A stretch of DNA of 64,000 nt, from positions 36,118 through 100,117 of the forward strand of contig JAZSAV010000039.1 of assembly GCA_045602085.1 (NCBI GenBank). The letters are read 5' to 3'. Numbering within the stretch: position 1 is the stretch's first letter; each line of letters starts with the position of its first letter. Position numbers and translations under genes: made by a program. The notes beneath the pieces were generated by a model that saw only the letters and a list, made by a program, of their open reading frames with translations, did no database searches and was not told the origin of the DNA. Shown piece by piece: positions 27,420 through 37,282 of the stretch. This DNA is from Prevotella sp. GTDB lineage: Bacteria > Bacteroidota > Bacteroidia > Bacteroidales > Bacteroidaceae.

Positions 27420-29078
27420 TTATCTTACAACTTTCTTCTTGTTGATGATATAAGTGCCTGGTTGTAGGTTCTTGATATCAGAAGCGTTTGCATTTTTCTT
27501 TATCAGCACTCCGTTTATGCCATAGACGTTGCCATTGGCATTGCCGTTGCTTGTGATGCTTTCTATGCCCGCGGTACCTGTTATGGTTGTGTAGGTGGCG
27601 GTATAGTCGGCTGAGTGGTCAACACCATCAGGAGTGACAACATCGGCCAGAGTGACAATCACATTGGTGTTGGCATCGGCTTTGAATGCAGGCACAGGGA
27701 TGGTGAGGATAGATGCGTTGGCATCATACTCGTCGGCCTCAATCTTGATGTCGCTCTTAGCCACAAAGGTGGTGTCGGCCTTACCCTCGAAGGTGGTTAT
27801 GAACCAAGCACCCGTGTAGGTCATCTTCTTGTCACCCTCTTCGCTGAGCCATAGTTCGATGCTCTTCACGCCATCGATAGATGCAGGCTTTGATGCCGTT
27901 GTTGCCGGCATGTAGTCGCTCATAACCATATAGCGTACTTCCTTGAAGTTATATACATAGGTATAAGAACCGAAGGCACTGCTGCCAGCAGAGTATGTTG
28001 CCTGTCCGTCTTTGCCGTGAAGATTGGTAATGTTAAGTGTAATGTCGGCGAATGTGTCGTCGATGGTAAGCATATCCTTATGGCGACGCAACTTATTGCG
28101 GAAGTCAACGCCGATGGTCTTGTTGTCTATAATCTTCACCTCTATGTTCTCGATGTAGAGACCGTTCTCCTTCTCAAGGTCGCCGTATGTAAGTGAAGCA
28201 TGTGGCATGTTGTCGCCCTCGGTGCTTAGTTCGCCGTCGAAGGTCAGAGTAACAAGTCCGCTCTCGTCTTCAGGCATGAACCAAGAGTAGAATGTGGTCA
28301 AGCTGTTTGGATTGCCCTCAGGCACGTTGTTGGCAGCAATCAGTTCCACCGGTTTCTCGGCCGCTATATAGTTGAGAGTAAGCGTACCGTCGGTTCCATA
28401 GATATTGCTGTTGTTGCGTGCGTCGCAAAGTCCTTCGATGACGAATGAAATGGCATCGCCCTTCTTCATAGTGCCAGCCTTGTAAAGGTTCATCAGTGTC
28501 TCCTTAATCTCAATGGTGAGGTAGCAGCCAGACACGTGGCCGTTCATCTGTATTTCCTGTGAACCCGCCTTTAATACTATTTTGCTAAAAGCCACGTTCT
28601 TGCTGAACTCAAGCGAAAGCACGTCGCTGGCGGCGCGCAATGTGCTACCCTCTGCCGGAATCTGTCTTACCATTTCGATAGGCGTTGCCTGAGTGCCGAA
28701 GCTGATAGTTATGGTACCGGTGTTCATGATGAATGTATTGGCAAGGTAGTATGTCTCGCCAGCCTTTACGTTGAGTGCATATTCCTTTGGATTATAGCTG
28801 CCGTTCCACTGAGGTTGGTTTGGCGCCTCCTCGCTATAAGTAGCATCGGCGAAAAGATAGAGTTGGTCAGCACCAACGTGGGTCATTGTCATCACACCAT
28901 CTTCGGTAGCGTTGAAGATGGCATAGAGAGGTTTGAAATCATATTTTGAGTCGATATTGTAGGTCTTGCCCACCTCGAGCACCAGTGGATTGTCCTTGGT
29001 AAGTCCTGCCTGAGCCATGGCTACCATGCTTGTTGCCATCATCAGGATAATTGTTATAAGTGATTTTGTTCTTTTCAT
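27420..29078 (-). CDS. Secreted/surface protein with Prevotella-type C-terminal sorting domain
   Basis: Signal peptide; C-terminus VYGINGV...LQPGTYIINKKKVV. Confidence 0.7.
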   Translation of the reverse strand: MKRTKSLITIILMMATSMVAMAQAGLTKDNPLVLEVGKTYNIDSKYDFKPLYAIFNATEDGVMTMTHVGADQLYLFADATYSEEAPNQPQWNGSYNPKEYALNVKAGETYYLANTFIMNTGTITISFGTQATPIEMVRQIPAEGSTLRAASDVLSLEFSKNVAFSKIVLKAGSQEIQMNGHVSGCYLTIEIKETLMNLYKAGTMKKGDAISFVIEGLCDARNNSNIYGTDGTLTLNYIAAEKPVELIAANNVPEGNPNSLTTFYSWFMPEDESGLVTLTFDGELSTEGDNMPHASLTYGDLEKENGLYIENIEVKIIDNKTIGVDFRNKLRRHKDMLTIDDTFADITLNITNLHGKDGQATYSAGSSAFGSYTYVYNFKEVRYMVMSDYMPATTASKPASIDGVKSIELWLSEEGDKKMTYTGAWFITTFEGKADTTFVAKSDIKIEADEYDANASILTIPVPAFKADANTNVIVTLADVVTPDGVDHSADYTATYTTITGTAGIESITSNGNANGNVYGINGVLIKKNANASDIKNLQPGTYIINKKKVVR

Positions 29079-29174
29079 ATATTTAAACTCTTTAATTTTT
29101 CAATTCTACAATCTTTCATTCCTTTATCCAAGCCCCCTCTCCAAGGAGAGGGCGGGGGGAGAGGCTTCTTCAAT

Positions 29175-32100
29175 TTACTTCACAACAACTTTCTTGCCGC
29201 CAATGATATATAAACCCTTCTGCAGGTTTCTGGTGTCGTTGATGCGTCTTCCGTCTATGGTGTATATGGCATTGTCGGTATTGCTGTTCTTGTCAGAAAC
29301 CACACCCTCGATGCCGGTACTGCTCAGAACCTTGGCACGTGCCACGTTGATTACCTTGCCGGTGTTGGCATCAATCATCATGCAAACCACCTTGCAGTTG
29401 TAGATGTTGTCAACGGTAGGCTTGTTGAATGTAATCGAAGCCTTGTATTCCTCGCCACCCTTGACACTTGTAGGTACGATGCCTGTCTGTCCGAAATAAG
29501 AAGATGACATGATGCCGCGGGCAACGTCGTTCTGAGTGTAGAGCACGGCTTCTGCACCATATTCGCCACCCTGCTGCCAAGGACCCAGGTCAGGGTCAAC
29601 GGTCTTGTAGAAGTTGTTGTACTGATAGCCGCTGATGCCGTCTTCGATAACTATTGGCAGCAAACCGATGTTGAGCTTGTCCTGAGTGATGGCAAACTTA
29701 TAGCTGCTGTTCATGGTTATCTTGCCTGTTGCCTCGTCGAACGATGCGGTGATGTCGATGTTGGCATCAGCATCTGTTGCCATTTCCTGTTCTACTACAT
29801 CGAGCCAGCAATCCTTGTTGGCAGAGCTGAACATGTAGTCGGTAACGCCATCCTTTGTTACGTTTGTCATAGGAGAGTAAGTTGCTGCACTACGGTTAAT
29901 CTTGGCACTTGGTGCTGCCGAAAGGCCCAAGAACTGTTGTGCGTAGTTGCTCATGCCACTCTCAAGCGGGTCGCCAGTGTAGGTATGATACTCGATAGGA
30001 ATAGCCAGTTCGCCATAGATGCTCTCAATCTTCTCAAGAGCCACCTTGCCCTGAGGACAGAACACGCAATCCTGACCGGTTACAATCTCAAGAACAACGC
30101 GCTTGGTAGGTTTGAACGAGAGGTTCTTTACCGAAGCATAGAGCGTGTCGATAGCTTCACCCAGTTTCACTCTTATGGCATACTTGTTCTCGATGCCGAT
30201 AGTCAGAGGCAGTTCCTTGGCGAAAGCAAAGTTGTATGAGTCGTCGAGCTTCATGCTTACAGATGCGTCGCTCAGTTCGTCTATCTTATTGCCGTTGGCA
30301 TCGAGCAGAGTGAGAGAGATGCCATTGTATGTCTCGTTCATGTTCTTAACGATGACCATACCCTCAACCTTCATGCTGCTCTTGGCGATGACGCTTTCTG
30401 GCGATTTCAGGGCGGTGATGAAGTCGTTGTCGTGTACAATCTTGATGTTGTCAACGAATACGGCACTCTGGTTCTCGTTCTCATTTACGAAAGCCACGTA
30501 GATGCTCTTCTCGGCATAGTTGTCAAGAGCGATGGCATAGTGCTTCCATTCGCCTGCCAGCAATCCCTCGTTGGCACCCGGTGTCAGTGTCTCGTTGAAT
30601 ATCACCGTTCCCTCGCCGTTTATCTTTGCCACCTCCTCGTCTGTCAGTATGCTCAGTTCGCGCTCTGTTGCGTAAACAATCACCTTCAGGCGGTCGTTCT
30701 TGCTCTTTAGATAACTCTGTGCGTCAAACTCCAGCACACACTTGTTGTCAGGGATATAGCACTGAGGAGTCATCATCCAGTCGGCCGACTTGCCCGCAGG
30801 AGTGTACATAGAGTGAGATGCGGCACTGAAGTCGCTGCCCTCATCGTCTCTTACCGGTACCCATGGGCGACCGTCAGCGGTGAAGTCCCATGCAAGCATC
30901 TCTTCGGTAGGATTCAGTTTGTCACCCTCGTAGAGCAGCATGTTGGCAACGCCGTTGGCAAAGTCCTCGCTGAATATCAAAGTATCGTTAGACACAATCA
31001 GTCGTTCGTAAGAACCCTCATAGGCAATCTCAATCTTCTCGTTGCCGTTGCCGTCGGTCACATCCGTAATAGAACCAGCGTTGATAACCACCTTGTAGTT
31101 GTTGTTCTTATACAGATACTGAGTTGTTGTAGGATAAACCAGTACCATGTTGCCAGAGTACTCCATTTCCAGTGCAGATAGAGCGGTCGGGTCGTCGTTG
31201 AGGTAGAGTGCCGCCGATGCGCTCTCCGCCAGTTTCACGTTGGTGTCGAAGGTAAGCAGTATAGGGTTGGTACTATAGTTCAACTGAGCCACGCTACTTC
31301 CTGATGCCGGTGAAACAGCTGTCATCTTCACCGGTGTGGCGGCACGTCCGTTGTATTCAATCTTTATGATTCCGTTGGTACGAGTGTTGTCGCCCTTGAG
31401 GCAGATTGTTCCGGCAGGAATAGTTACGAAGTATTTCTTGCCATCCTCGAGAGTTGTGGTGCGGAAACCTACGTCAACGGTCTTGTCGTTGCCGGCATTC
31501 ACGCCAAAGGCAATAGAACTTCTTACGGTGTTGCCTGCCTCGTCGGTGAGCAATACAACGTTTCTCTCGCCAATGACCTCAATCTCGCGGCTGAACCTTA
31601 TGCTGATGCTCTTGATGCTTGTAAATTCAGAACCGCTCTGTGGGGTGATGGTGTATGTGTTCAGCAGATTCACCTTTGCTGCCGCCTCGCCGAAGGTTAC
31701 AGGCAGAGAAAGAGTATAGTTGTCATCTGATGCCGATGCTATGGCACTGAGAATCTTTCCGTCGCCAGATACTGCGATTGGTGTACCTGAATATTCGAAT
31801 CCGCTTTTCTCGTAATAGTTTATTCCGTAGTTCTGACTCAGTATCTCTGTCAATGGATACCAGTAGTTGCCGTTGCGCACAAAGAGTGTGCGTACTGGCG
31901 AGTTAGGTGGGGTGGCAGCGTAGAGTGTACCGTGGTTGTCAACAACCACACAACTCATGTTCTGGCTCTCGCTGTCGTCATAGAGTTCAAATGCCTTTGT
32001 CTCGAGATTGTATCTGAACGGAGTGCGGTATTCATTTCCGAACTGGCTGCCTTCAACGGTCTTCACCATATATGCCGTACCGCCAATCCACTTGCCGTCG

Positions 32101-32867
32101 CAACTGATGTCGGCATCGTCCATGTGGGCAATGCCCTCCTTGAGCGGAGTATATCTCTTTGTTGTTGCGTCGTAGTTGAAACCCAGCGGTATCCAACTGT
32201 TGTCGTTACGGTCGTAAACGAAGTACATCACGTTGCTCACATAGCTATAAGAAACGCAACCCACTATATATCTTGCATCTGCCGATATGCTATAGAAGCG
32301 CACCATGCCGTCGTTGCTGCCCTCAACACCAATGGTTGGGAAGTTGGGTGTCGCAACAATGCTACCACTTTCCAGATTCCACATCACAGGGTACTCTCTG
32401 AAGCTGTCGCCATAGTCGTTGGCACGTCCCACGGCATACTTGCCGTCTGGAGTAACGGCATCTGCCTGACCCTCGTTCCATCCTGTTGGCAATGGCAAGG
32501 TCTTCCAACCCGCACCAGATTTCCAGTAAGCCGGTTTGCCGTTGTACTCGCCTACTATGGTCTTGCCGTCGTCGGTAACGTCGTTTCCGTAGCATGACTG
32601 CACTGTTGACATCTCCATCTCGGTGAGCAGGTTGTTAACCGCTTTGGTTGCCACGTTGATAAGTTTTGGATAATGGTATCTGCTTCCGTCAGTGGCGCTA
32701 GGGCCGTATGCAACTGCCCATGCTCCGTTGTCGGCCATGCCTCGAATGGTACTGCCATCCTGAAACACATATTTGTTCAACTGTGCGTTAGTTGTTTGTG
32801 CCTGCGCCCCTGCGCATAACTGTAATCCAATGAATAAAAGGAGTACTCTGAAAATCAGTTTTCTCAT
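29175..32867 (-). CDS. Large surface protein: propeller-like repeats, Ig-like domains, cleaved-adhesin-like module, Omp28-like domain, C-terminal sorting domain
   Basis: Signal peptide; ADWMMTPQ...HYAIALD..A.K.IYVAF; VVLEIVTGQDCVFCPQG; IYTIDGRR...GLYIIGGKKVVVK. Confidence 0.7.
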   Translation of the reverse strand: MRKLIFRVLLLFIGLQLCAGAQAQTTNAQLNKYVFQDGSTIRGMADNGAWAVAYGPSATDGSRYHYPKLINVATKAVNNLLTEMEMSTVQSCYGNDVTDDGKTIVGEYNGKPAYWKSGAGWKTLPLPTGWNEGQADAVTPDGKYAVGRANDYGDSFREYPVMWNLESGSIVATPNFPTIGVEGSNDGMVRFYSISADARYIVGCVSYSYVSNVMYFVYDRNDNSWIPLGFNYDATTKRYTPLKEGIAHMDDADISCDGKWIGGTAYMVKTVEGSQFGNEYRTPFRYNLETKAFELYDDSESQNMSCVVVDNHGTLYAATPPNSPVRTLFVRNGNYWYPLTEILSQNYGINYYEKSGFEYSGTPIAVSGDGKILSAIASASDDNYTLSLPVTFGEAAAKVNLLNTYTITPQSGSEFTSIKSISIRFSREIEVIGERNVVLLTDEAGNTVRSSIAFGVNAGNDKTVDVGFRTTTLEDGKKYFVTIPAGTICLKGDNTRTNGIIKIEYNGRAATPVKMTAVSPASGSSVAQLNYSTNPILLTFDTNVKLAESASAALYLNDDPTALSALEMEYSGNMVLVYPTTTQYLYKNNNYKVVINAGSITDVTDGNGNEKIEIAYEGSYERLIVSNDTLIFSEDFANGVANMLLYEGDKLNPTEEMLAWDFTADGRPWVPVRDDEGSDFSAASHSMYTPAGKSADWMMTPQCYIPDNKCVLEFDAQSYLKSKNDRLKVIVYATERELSILTDEEVAKINGEGTVIFNETLTPGANEGLLAGEWKHYAIALDNYAEKSIYVAFVNENENQSAVFVDNIKIVHDNDFITALKSPESVIAKSSMKVEGMVIVKNMNETYNGISLTLLDANGNKIDELSDASVSMKLDDSYNFAFAKELPLTIGIENKYAIRVKLGEAIDTLYASVKNLSFKPTKRVVLEIVTGQDCVFCPQGKVALEKIESIYGELAIPIEYHTYTGDPLESGMSNYAQQFLGLSAAPSAKINRSAATYSPMTNVTKDGVTDYMFSSANKDCWLDVVEQEMATDADANIDITASFDEATGKITMNSSYKFAITQDKLNIGLLPIVIEDGISGYQYNNFYKTVDPDLGPWQQGGEYGAEAVLYTQNDVARGIMSSSYFGQTGIVPTSVKGGEEYKASITFNKPTVDNIYNCKVVCMMIDANTGKVINVARAKVLSSTGIEGVVSDKNSNTDNAIYTIDGRRINDTRNLQKGLYIIGGKKVVVK

Positions 32868-33004
32868 TGTGTGGAATTATCTTTTATTTTAATAATGTAT
32901 ATAAATCGGTGCAAAGTTATTAAAAGTTAGTGTAATTTTGATAAAAAAGTAAATATTTTTCATTACTTTTGCATGTACAAACTATTTTTCGAACCATTAG
33001 TTTT

Positions 33005-33826
33005 ATGAGATATGCAATAATTCTTTCACTTTTGGCGGCGTTCACGTCTTGTTCTGAAAAGGCTGCAAAGGAGGTGGCCAGACAGGTGGAGGCAGCTGTA
33101 AGTGAAGTTCAAGAGAAAAGTCGCCAGCAGTCGTCTGTTGCCGACGGATGCCTGTTGCCTGCTTCAGCAGATGAGACTTTGCTGAGACGTGTGGCATATA
33201 CCGCCAACTACAACGCAGAAACCCGTCAGCCGGATTGGGTGGCATGGGAGTTGACAAAAGAAGAAACGCGTGGCGAACACAATCGTCAAGGCATTAATTT
33301 TCAGGAAGACTATGCCGTTTCCGGACGTCGTGCAACAGCATCTGACTATTCCCGCTCCGGCTACGACCGTGGTCACATGTGTCCGTCGGCAGATTGCAAG
33401 TGGAGTGCCGATGCCCAGCAGCAGTCGTTCCTGCTAACCAATATCTGTCCTCAAGACAGGGAACTGAATGCCGGTGCGTGGAATGACCTCGAACAGCTGT
33501 GTCGCAAGTGGGCGCGCCGTTACGGTTGTCTGCATATCGTTTGCGGACCTGTTTTCTACGATGATAAAGCAACAGGTCGCAAGACGATAGGTCGCAACAA
33601 GATAGCCGTTCCTGATGCCTTTTTCAAGGTTGTCTATCGTCCGGGAAATAATCCTCAGGCAATAGGATTCATTTACGCCAACCACTCTCAATATCAGTCG
33701 CTTAGTGATGCCCGTCGGACGGTCGATGAGATAGAGCGCATAACAGGTTTCGACTTCTATCACCAACTGCCCGATAATATTGAAAACAAGGTGGAAGCTG
33801 CGTTTGATGAGGGTGAGTGGCGGTGA
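33005..33826 (+). CDS. DNA/RNA non-specific endonuclease, lipoprotein
   Basis: FTSC lipobox, YDRGHMCP, TNICPQ..LN.G.W..LE. Likely start 33005. Confidence 0.9.
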   Translation: MRYAIILSLLAAFTSCSEKAAKEVARQVEAAVSEVQEKSRQQSSVADGCLLPASADETLLRRVAYTANYNAETRQPDWVAWELTKEETRGEHNRQGINFQEDYAVSGRRATASDYSRSGYDRGHMCPSADCKWSADAQQQSFLLTNICPQDRELNAGAWNDLEQLCRKWARRYGCLHIVCGPVFYDDKATGRKTIGRNKIAVPDAFFKVVYRPGNNPQAIGFIYANHSQYQSLSDARRTVDEIERITGFDFYHQLPDNIENKVEAAFDEGEWR

Positions 33827-33970
33827 GCCCCCTCCTGACCTCCCCGAGGGGAGGAATCTGAAAGGAGTATAGGAGACAGGAGTGAAGGAGTTTAGACGTA
33901 TGCTTGACACGCGCTTCTGACTATGTTTGAACAGTTTAGCCTACTATTGTCTGCACTCCTGCACTCCTGA
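33826..33970 (+). mobile_element. MITE/REP-like composite repeat, copy 1
   Basis: Near-identical inverted copy at ~39950-40093; 75-bp core 33886-33960 with 12-bp imperfect inverted ends. Confidence 0.7.
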
Positions 33971-34065
33971 ACTCCTTCACTCCTTAAAAAAGCAATCAGC
34001 TTGTCAACTCGTTTTTTCGTTTCACTCAAGGAACTTCTCGTCAACTTGTCAACTAAAAAAATATA

Positions 34066-35886
34066 ATGAAAAAGTCAATTCTATTAGTTCTAATCTGCCT
34101 GTTGTCGTTGACAACAAAGATTTATGGTATTGTACCAAGTGACTATGTCAAACCGTCTGTTGTAACGCCCGAAGGCGCATGGTGCTGGTTTGCCGACCCG
34201 CGTGCGTTGCACTATGAAAATGCCGATGGTTCCATCAATAGCACATACATCGGTTATATTGATGTGCATGGCAATGTTAAGGCAATGCAATATGATTTTA
34301 ATACCGGTGAGCAGGCAGAGGTGCTTGTCCGCTCTTATTTCCAACCCGACGACCATAACAATCCCACATTCCTGGTATTGCCCGACGAGCGTGTTATGAT
34401 ATTCTACTCTCGCCATACCGACGAGCCATGTTTCTATTATCGTCTGACGGAGAAAAAGGGTGATATAACAACGCTTGGCGAGGAAAAGCGATTGGCTACC
34501 GACCATAACACTACCTATCCGTCGCCATTCGTACTGAGCGACGACCCTAATCATATCTATCTCTGTTGGAGAGGCATCAACTGGCACCCGACCATTGCCC
34601 AGTTGTCAATGCCCGATGCTCAGGGTGAGATACACTTCACTTGGGGACCTCATCAGTTGGTCAAGTCAACAGGTGCTCGTCCGTATGCTAAGTATCAGTC
34701 GAACGGCAAAGACAAGATTCTGCTTGCCTATACAACAGGACATCCCGATAATGAAATGCCCAACCATTTGTATTTCAATTATATAAACATAAACAAGAAG
34801 ACCATTGAAGATGTGGCGGGGAATACGTTGGCTGACATCTCAGCAGGTCCTCATCGTGTTGACAAGACACCTTCTTACGGCGAGAAATATCCTAAGGCGG
34901 TGGTCGATGCTCCTACACAATGGCGCGACTGGTTGTGGCAGGTAACGGCAACGCCCGACGGCAAGCCTGCTATTGCCATGGTGCGAATAAACGATGCCAA
35001 GAACTCGCATCATTATTATCTGGCACAATGGGACGGCAACCAGTGGCAGAAGACCTATCTTGCTGATGCCGGTACTCATTTCCATCAAACTCCAAACATA
35101 GAGAAATGCTATAGTGGCGGCATGGCTATCGACCCGGCTAATCCCAAGGATATCTATTGCTCCGTTCCGGTTGAGGGTGCTAACGGCAAGCGCTATGAGA
35201 TAGTGAAATATAGCGTTCAGGCGGACGGTTCGGTGAGGAGCACTCCTGTAACTGTCAACTCAGAGAAGAACAATGCCCGTCCGTATGTAATTCCTGGGTC
35301 AGAGGTTTCTCCGTTGCGTCTTATTTGGATGCATGGCGACTACTACGATTGGATTGTAAGTCGTCAGCGTCCTGGCTATCCTACGGCAATATGGGCAGAT
35401 TATATTGCTCCGACGGTTAAGGCTGACACTCTGAAGAAGTTGCTCGACGGAAAAAAGCGACAGAGTTTCGCAGGCAAGCGCAAGCTCGGAGACTTCTCTC
35501 TTGTGGTTGACGTTAAGCAGCAGGATGGGGTGTATCCTCAAACGCTTTTGACAATAGGCAACCTTACCGTTGCATTGGAGGCAGAAACGCTTAAGCCTAT
35601 AGTCAAGGTAGGGCAACAGACGTATGAGAGCAGCAACCGCTTGGTAACGGCAGATTCTTGGTTGCAACAGAATCGCAGTACCAATGGCCGTTGGTATAAG
35701 CCTTCTCTCCACAAGAAACTCAGCTATGCCGTGGTTTATGGCGACAACGTCATAAAGACTTATGTCAATGGTCTTCTCGACCAGAAGATTGCGATTTCAG
35801 AACCGCTCTATGGAGGCAACTGCTCCGACGGCAAACTATATAAACGAGCATTGAATCAGCAAGAGATAAAGTTGCTTGTCCGCTGA
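34066..35886 (+). CDS. Secreted BNR-4-type propeller glycoside hydrolase, probably GH143 (Dha hydrolase), with LamG-like C-terminus
   Basis: GAWCWFADPRA, QPDDHNNP, TYPSPF, ARPYAKY, TTGHPDN, CYSGG, RPY motifs recalled as resembling the N-terminal module of B. thetaiotaomicron BT1020; not verified by search. Confidence 0.6.
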   Translation: MKKSILLVLICLLSLTTKIYGIVPSDYVKPSVVTPEGAWCWFADPRALHYENADGSINSTYIGYIDVHGNVKAMQYDFNTGEQAEVLVRSYFQPDDHNNPTFLVLPDERVMIFYSRHTDEPCFYYRLTEKKGDITTLGEEKRLATDHNTTYPSPFVLSDDPNHIYLCWRGINWHPTIAQLSMPDAQGEIHFTWGPHQLVKSTGARPYAKYQSNGKDKILLAYTTGHPDNEMPNHLYFNYININKKTIEDVAGNTLADISAGPHRVDKTPSYGEKYPKAVVDAPTQWRDWLWQVTATPDGKPAIAMVRINDAKNSHHYYLAQWDGNQWQKTYLADAGTHFHQTPNIEKCYSGGMAIDPANPKDIYCSVPVEGANGKRYEIVKYSVQADGSVRSTPVTVNSEKNNARPYVIPGSEVSPLRLIWMHGDYYDWIVSRQRPGYPTAIWADYIAPTVKADTLKKLLDGKKRQSFAGKRKLGDFSLVVDVKQQDGVYPQTLLTIGNLTVALEAETLKPIVKVGQQTYESSNRLVTADSWLQQNRSTNGRWYKPSLHKKLSYAVVYGDNVIKTYVNGLLDQKIAISEPLYGGNCSDGKLYKRALNQQEIKLLVR

Positions 35887-36090
35887 CAAGCGGTTTCCAA
35901 ATTTCGAGGCCCTTAATGTCATTTGTCATCAGTCATTTTGAAAATGTATTTGATGAAGGGTGTTATATTGAGGCAACAAAACAATAAGGTGAGTTTTGTT
36001 TAGTATAATAACAATTAAACTTTCTTTCTTTTGTCGTTGTTTCAATATTTTATATTATATTTGCATCGTCTATACGTTATATTAAGCGGA

Positions 36091-36297
36091 ATGAACAAAA
36101 TACGATACATCAATATGTGCATAGTCGAATTTGGTAAAAGATTCGGCATGTCACCGGCATTGTCGTTCAATTATCTTAAGACATATTTAGGATTGGCTTT
36201 TCTGGATAAGAATTATGAAATTGAACATCTTCTTCCACTTGATGATACAATCAATGATTTAGTCACCTATTGTAACCGGCACGGAGGGACATTATGA
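36091..36297 (+). CDS. DUF3791-like small protein
   Basis: CIVEFGKRFG...FNYL...G..FL..NYE.EH pattern. Confidence 0.7.
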   Translation: MNKIRYINMCIVEFGKRFGMSPALSFNYLKTYLGLAFLDKNYEIEHLLPLDDTINDLVTYCNRHGGTL

Positions 36298-36770
36298 TTG
36301 AATTGTATCATGGCACAAATATAGATTTTGCCCAAATAGATTTGGGAAAATGCAGGCCAAATAAAGATTTTGGTCAAGGTTTCTATTTGACGGATATTTA
36401 CGAACAGGCTCGCGGAATGGCTATTCGTCGTTGTGAGTTTGAAGAAAATGGGGCACCAATTGTTCAGACATATAAGTTTGATGAAAGTCTGCTAAGGAAA
36501 GATTTGCTAAAAATAAAAATATTTGAGAACGTTAGTACGGAATGGGCTGAGTTTATCTTGATTAATAGAAAGGCTCGTGGGGTAAAAATGCATGATTATG
36601 ATATCGTTGTTGGTCCTGTGGCTGATGACGGAGTTGTTTTTCAACTGAATTTGTATATGCAGCATTTGATATCTATGGAAACATTGGTAAAAGAACTGAC
36701 TTTTAAACATCTGAATAAACAATATTTTTTTGGAACGCAAAGAGCCATTGATAAACTTATTAGGATATGA
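36294..36770 (+). CDS. DUF3990-family protein
   Basis: LYHGT, DFGQGFYLT, EWAEFI..NR, YDIV.GPVADD, QYFF.T. Confidence 0.85.
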   Translation: MIELYHGTNIDFAQIDLGKCRPNKDFGQGFYLTDIYEQARGMAIRRCEFEENGAPIVQTYKFDESLLRKDLLKIKIFENVSTEWAEFILINRKARGVKMHDYDIVVGPVADDGVVFQLNLYMQHLISMETLVKELTFKHLNKQYFFGTQRAIDKLIRI

Positions 36771-36982
36771 AGTTAAATGAAAATCAGTTTCAATTCATAA
36801 TTAACAGTAATGTTGAGCAAATAGCTTTTTATTTGCAAGAAGACTATGAATTATCTGTTATAGAAGCATTAGACAAAATATATAATTCGAAAATATATGA
36901 TAAGCTCCAGAATCCCCAAACAGGTCTTTATTTGCAAAGCCCTGATTATATTTACGATTATCTGAAAGCAGAGATGGCGTAA
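36767..36982 (+). CDS. Small DUF3791-like protein
   Basis: EALD.IY.S..Y..L..PQTGLY..S pattern; ATGA overlap with upstream gene. Confidence 0.6.
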   Translation: MKLNENQFQFIINSNVEQIAFYLQEDYELSVIEALDKIYNSKIYDKLQNPQTGLYLQSPDYIYDYLKAEMA

Positions 36983-37282
36983 TGCAGGATAGCTTTGATT
37001 TATCGATTTTTAAATATTTTAATCCATTATTCCTTTAATATTTTAATTTTTATTCTTACCTTTGCACTTTGAAATAAAAGAGGAGGGATTGAAGGATTGA
37101 AGGATTGAAACCTCCCCCTGCCCCTCCGAAGGAGGGGAGAAGGGATGAAGAAGATAGAGGGAGATAGAAGAAGATAGAAGACATTTGCATGTCAAGCATA
37201 CGTCTGAACTCCTACACTCCTGAACTCCTACACTCCTTTACTCCTGAACTCCTTTTAAATAAAAAAATAAAGCTGAAGAAGC

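Noticed and set aside
9402-35712. Numerous 60-280 aa ORFs overlapping larger genes on the opposite strand or frame
   Set aside because: Shadow ORFs of GC-rich coding sequence with no recognisable motifs
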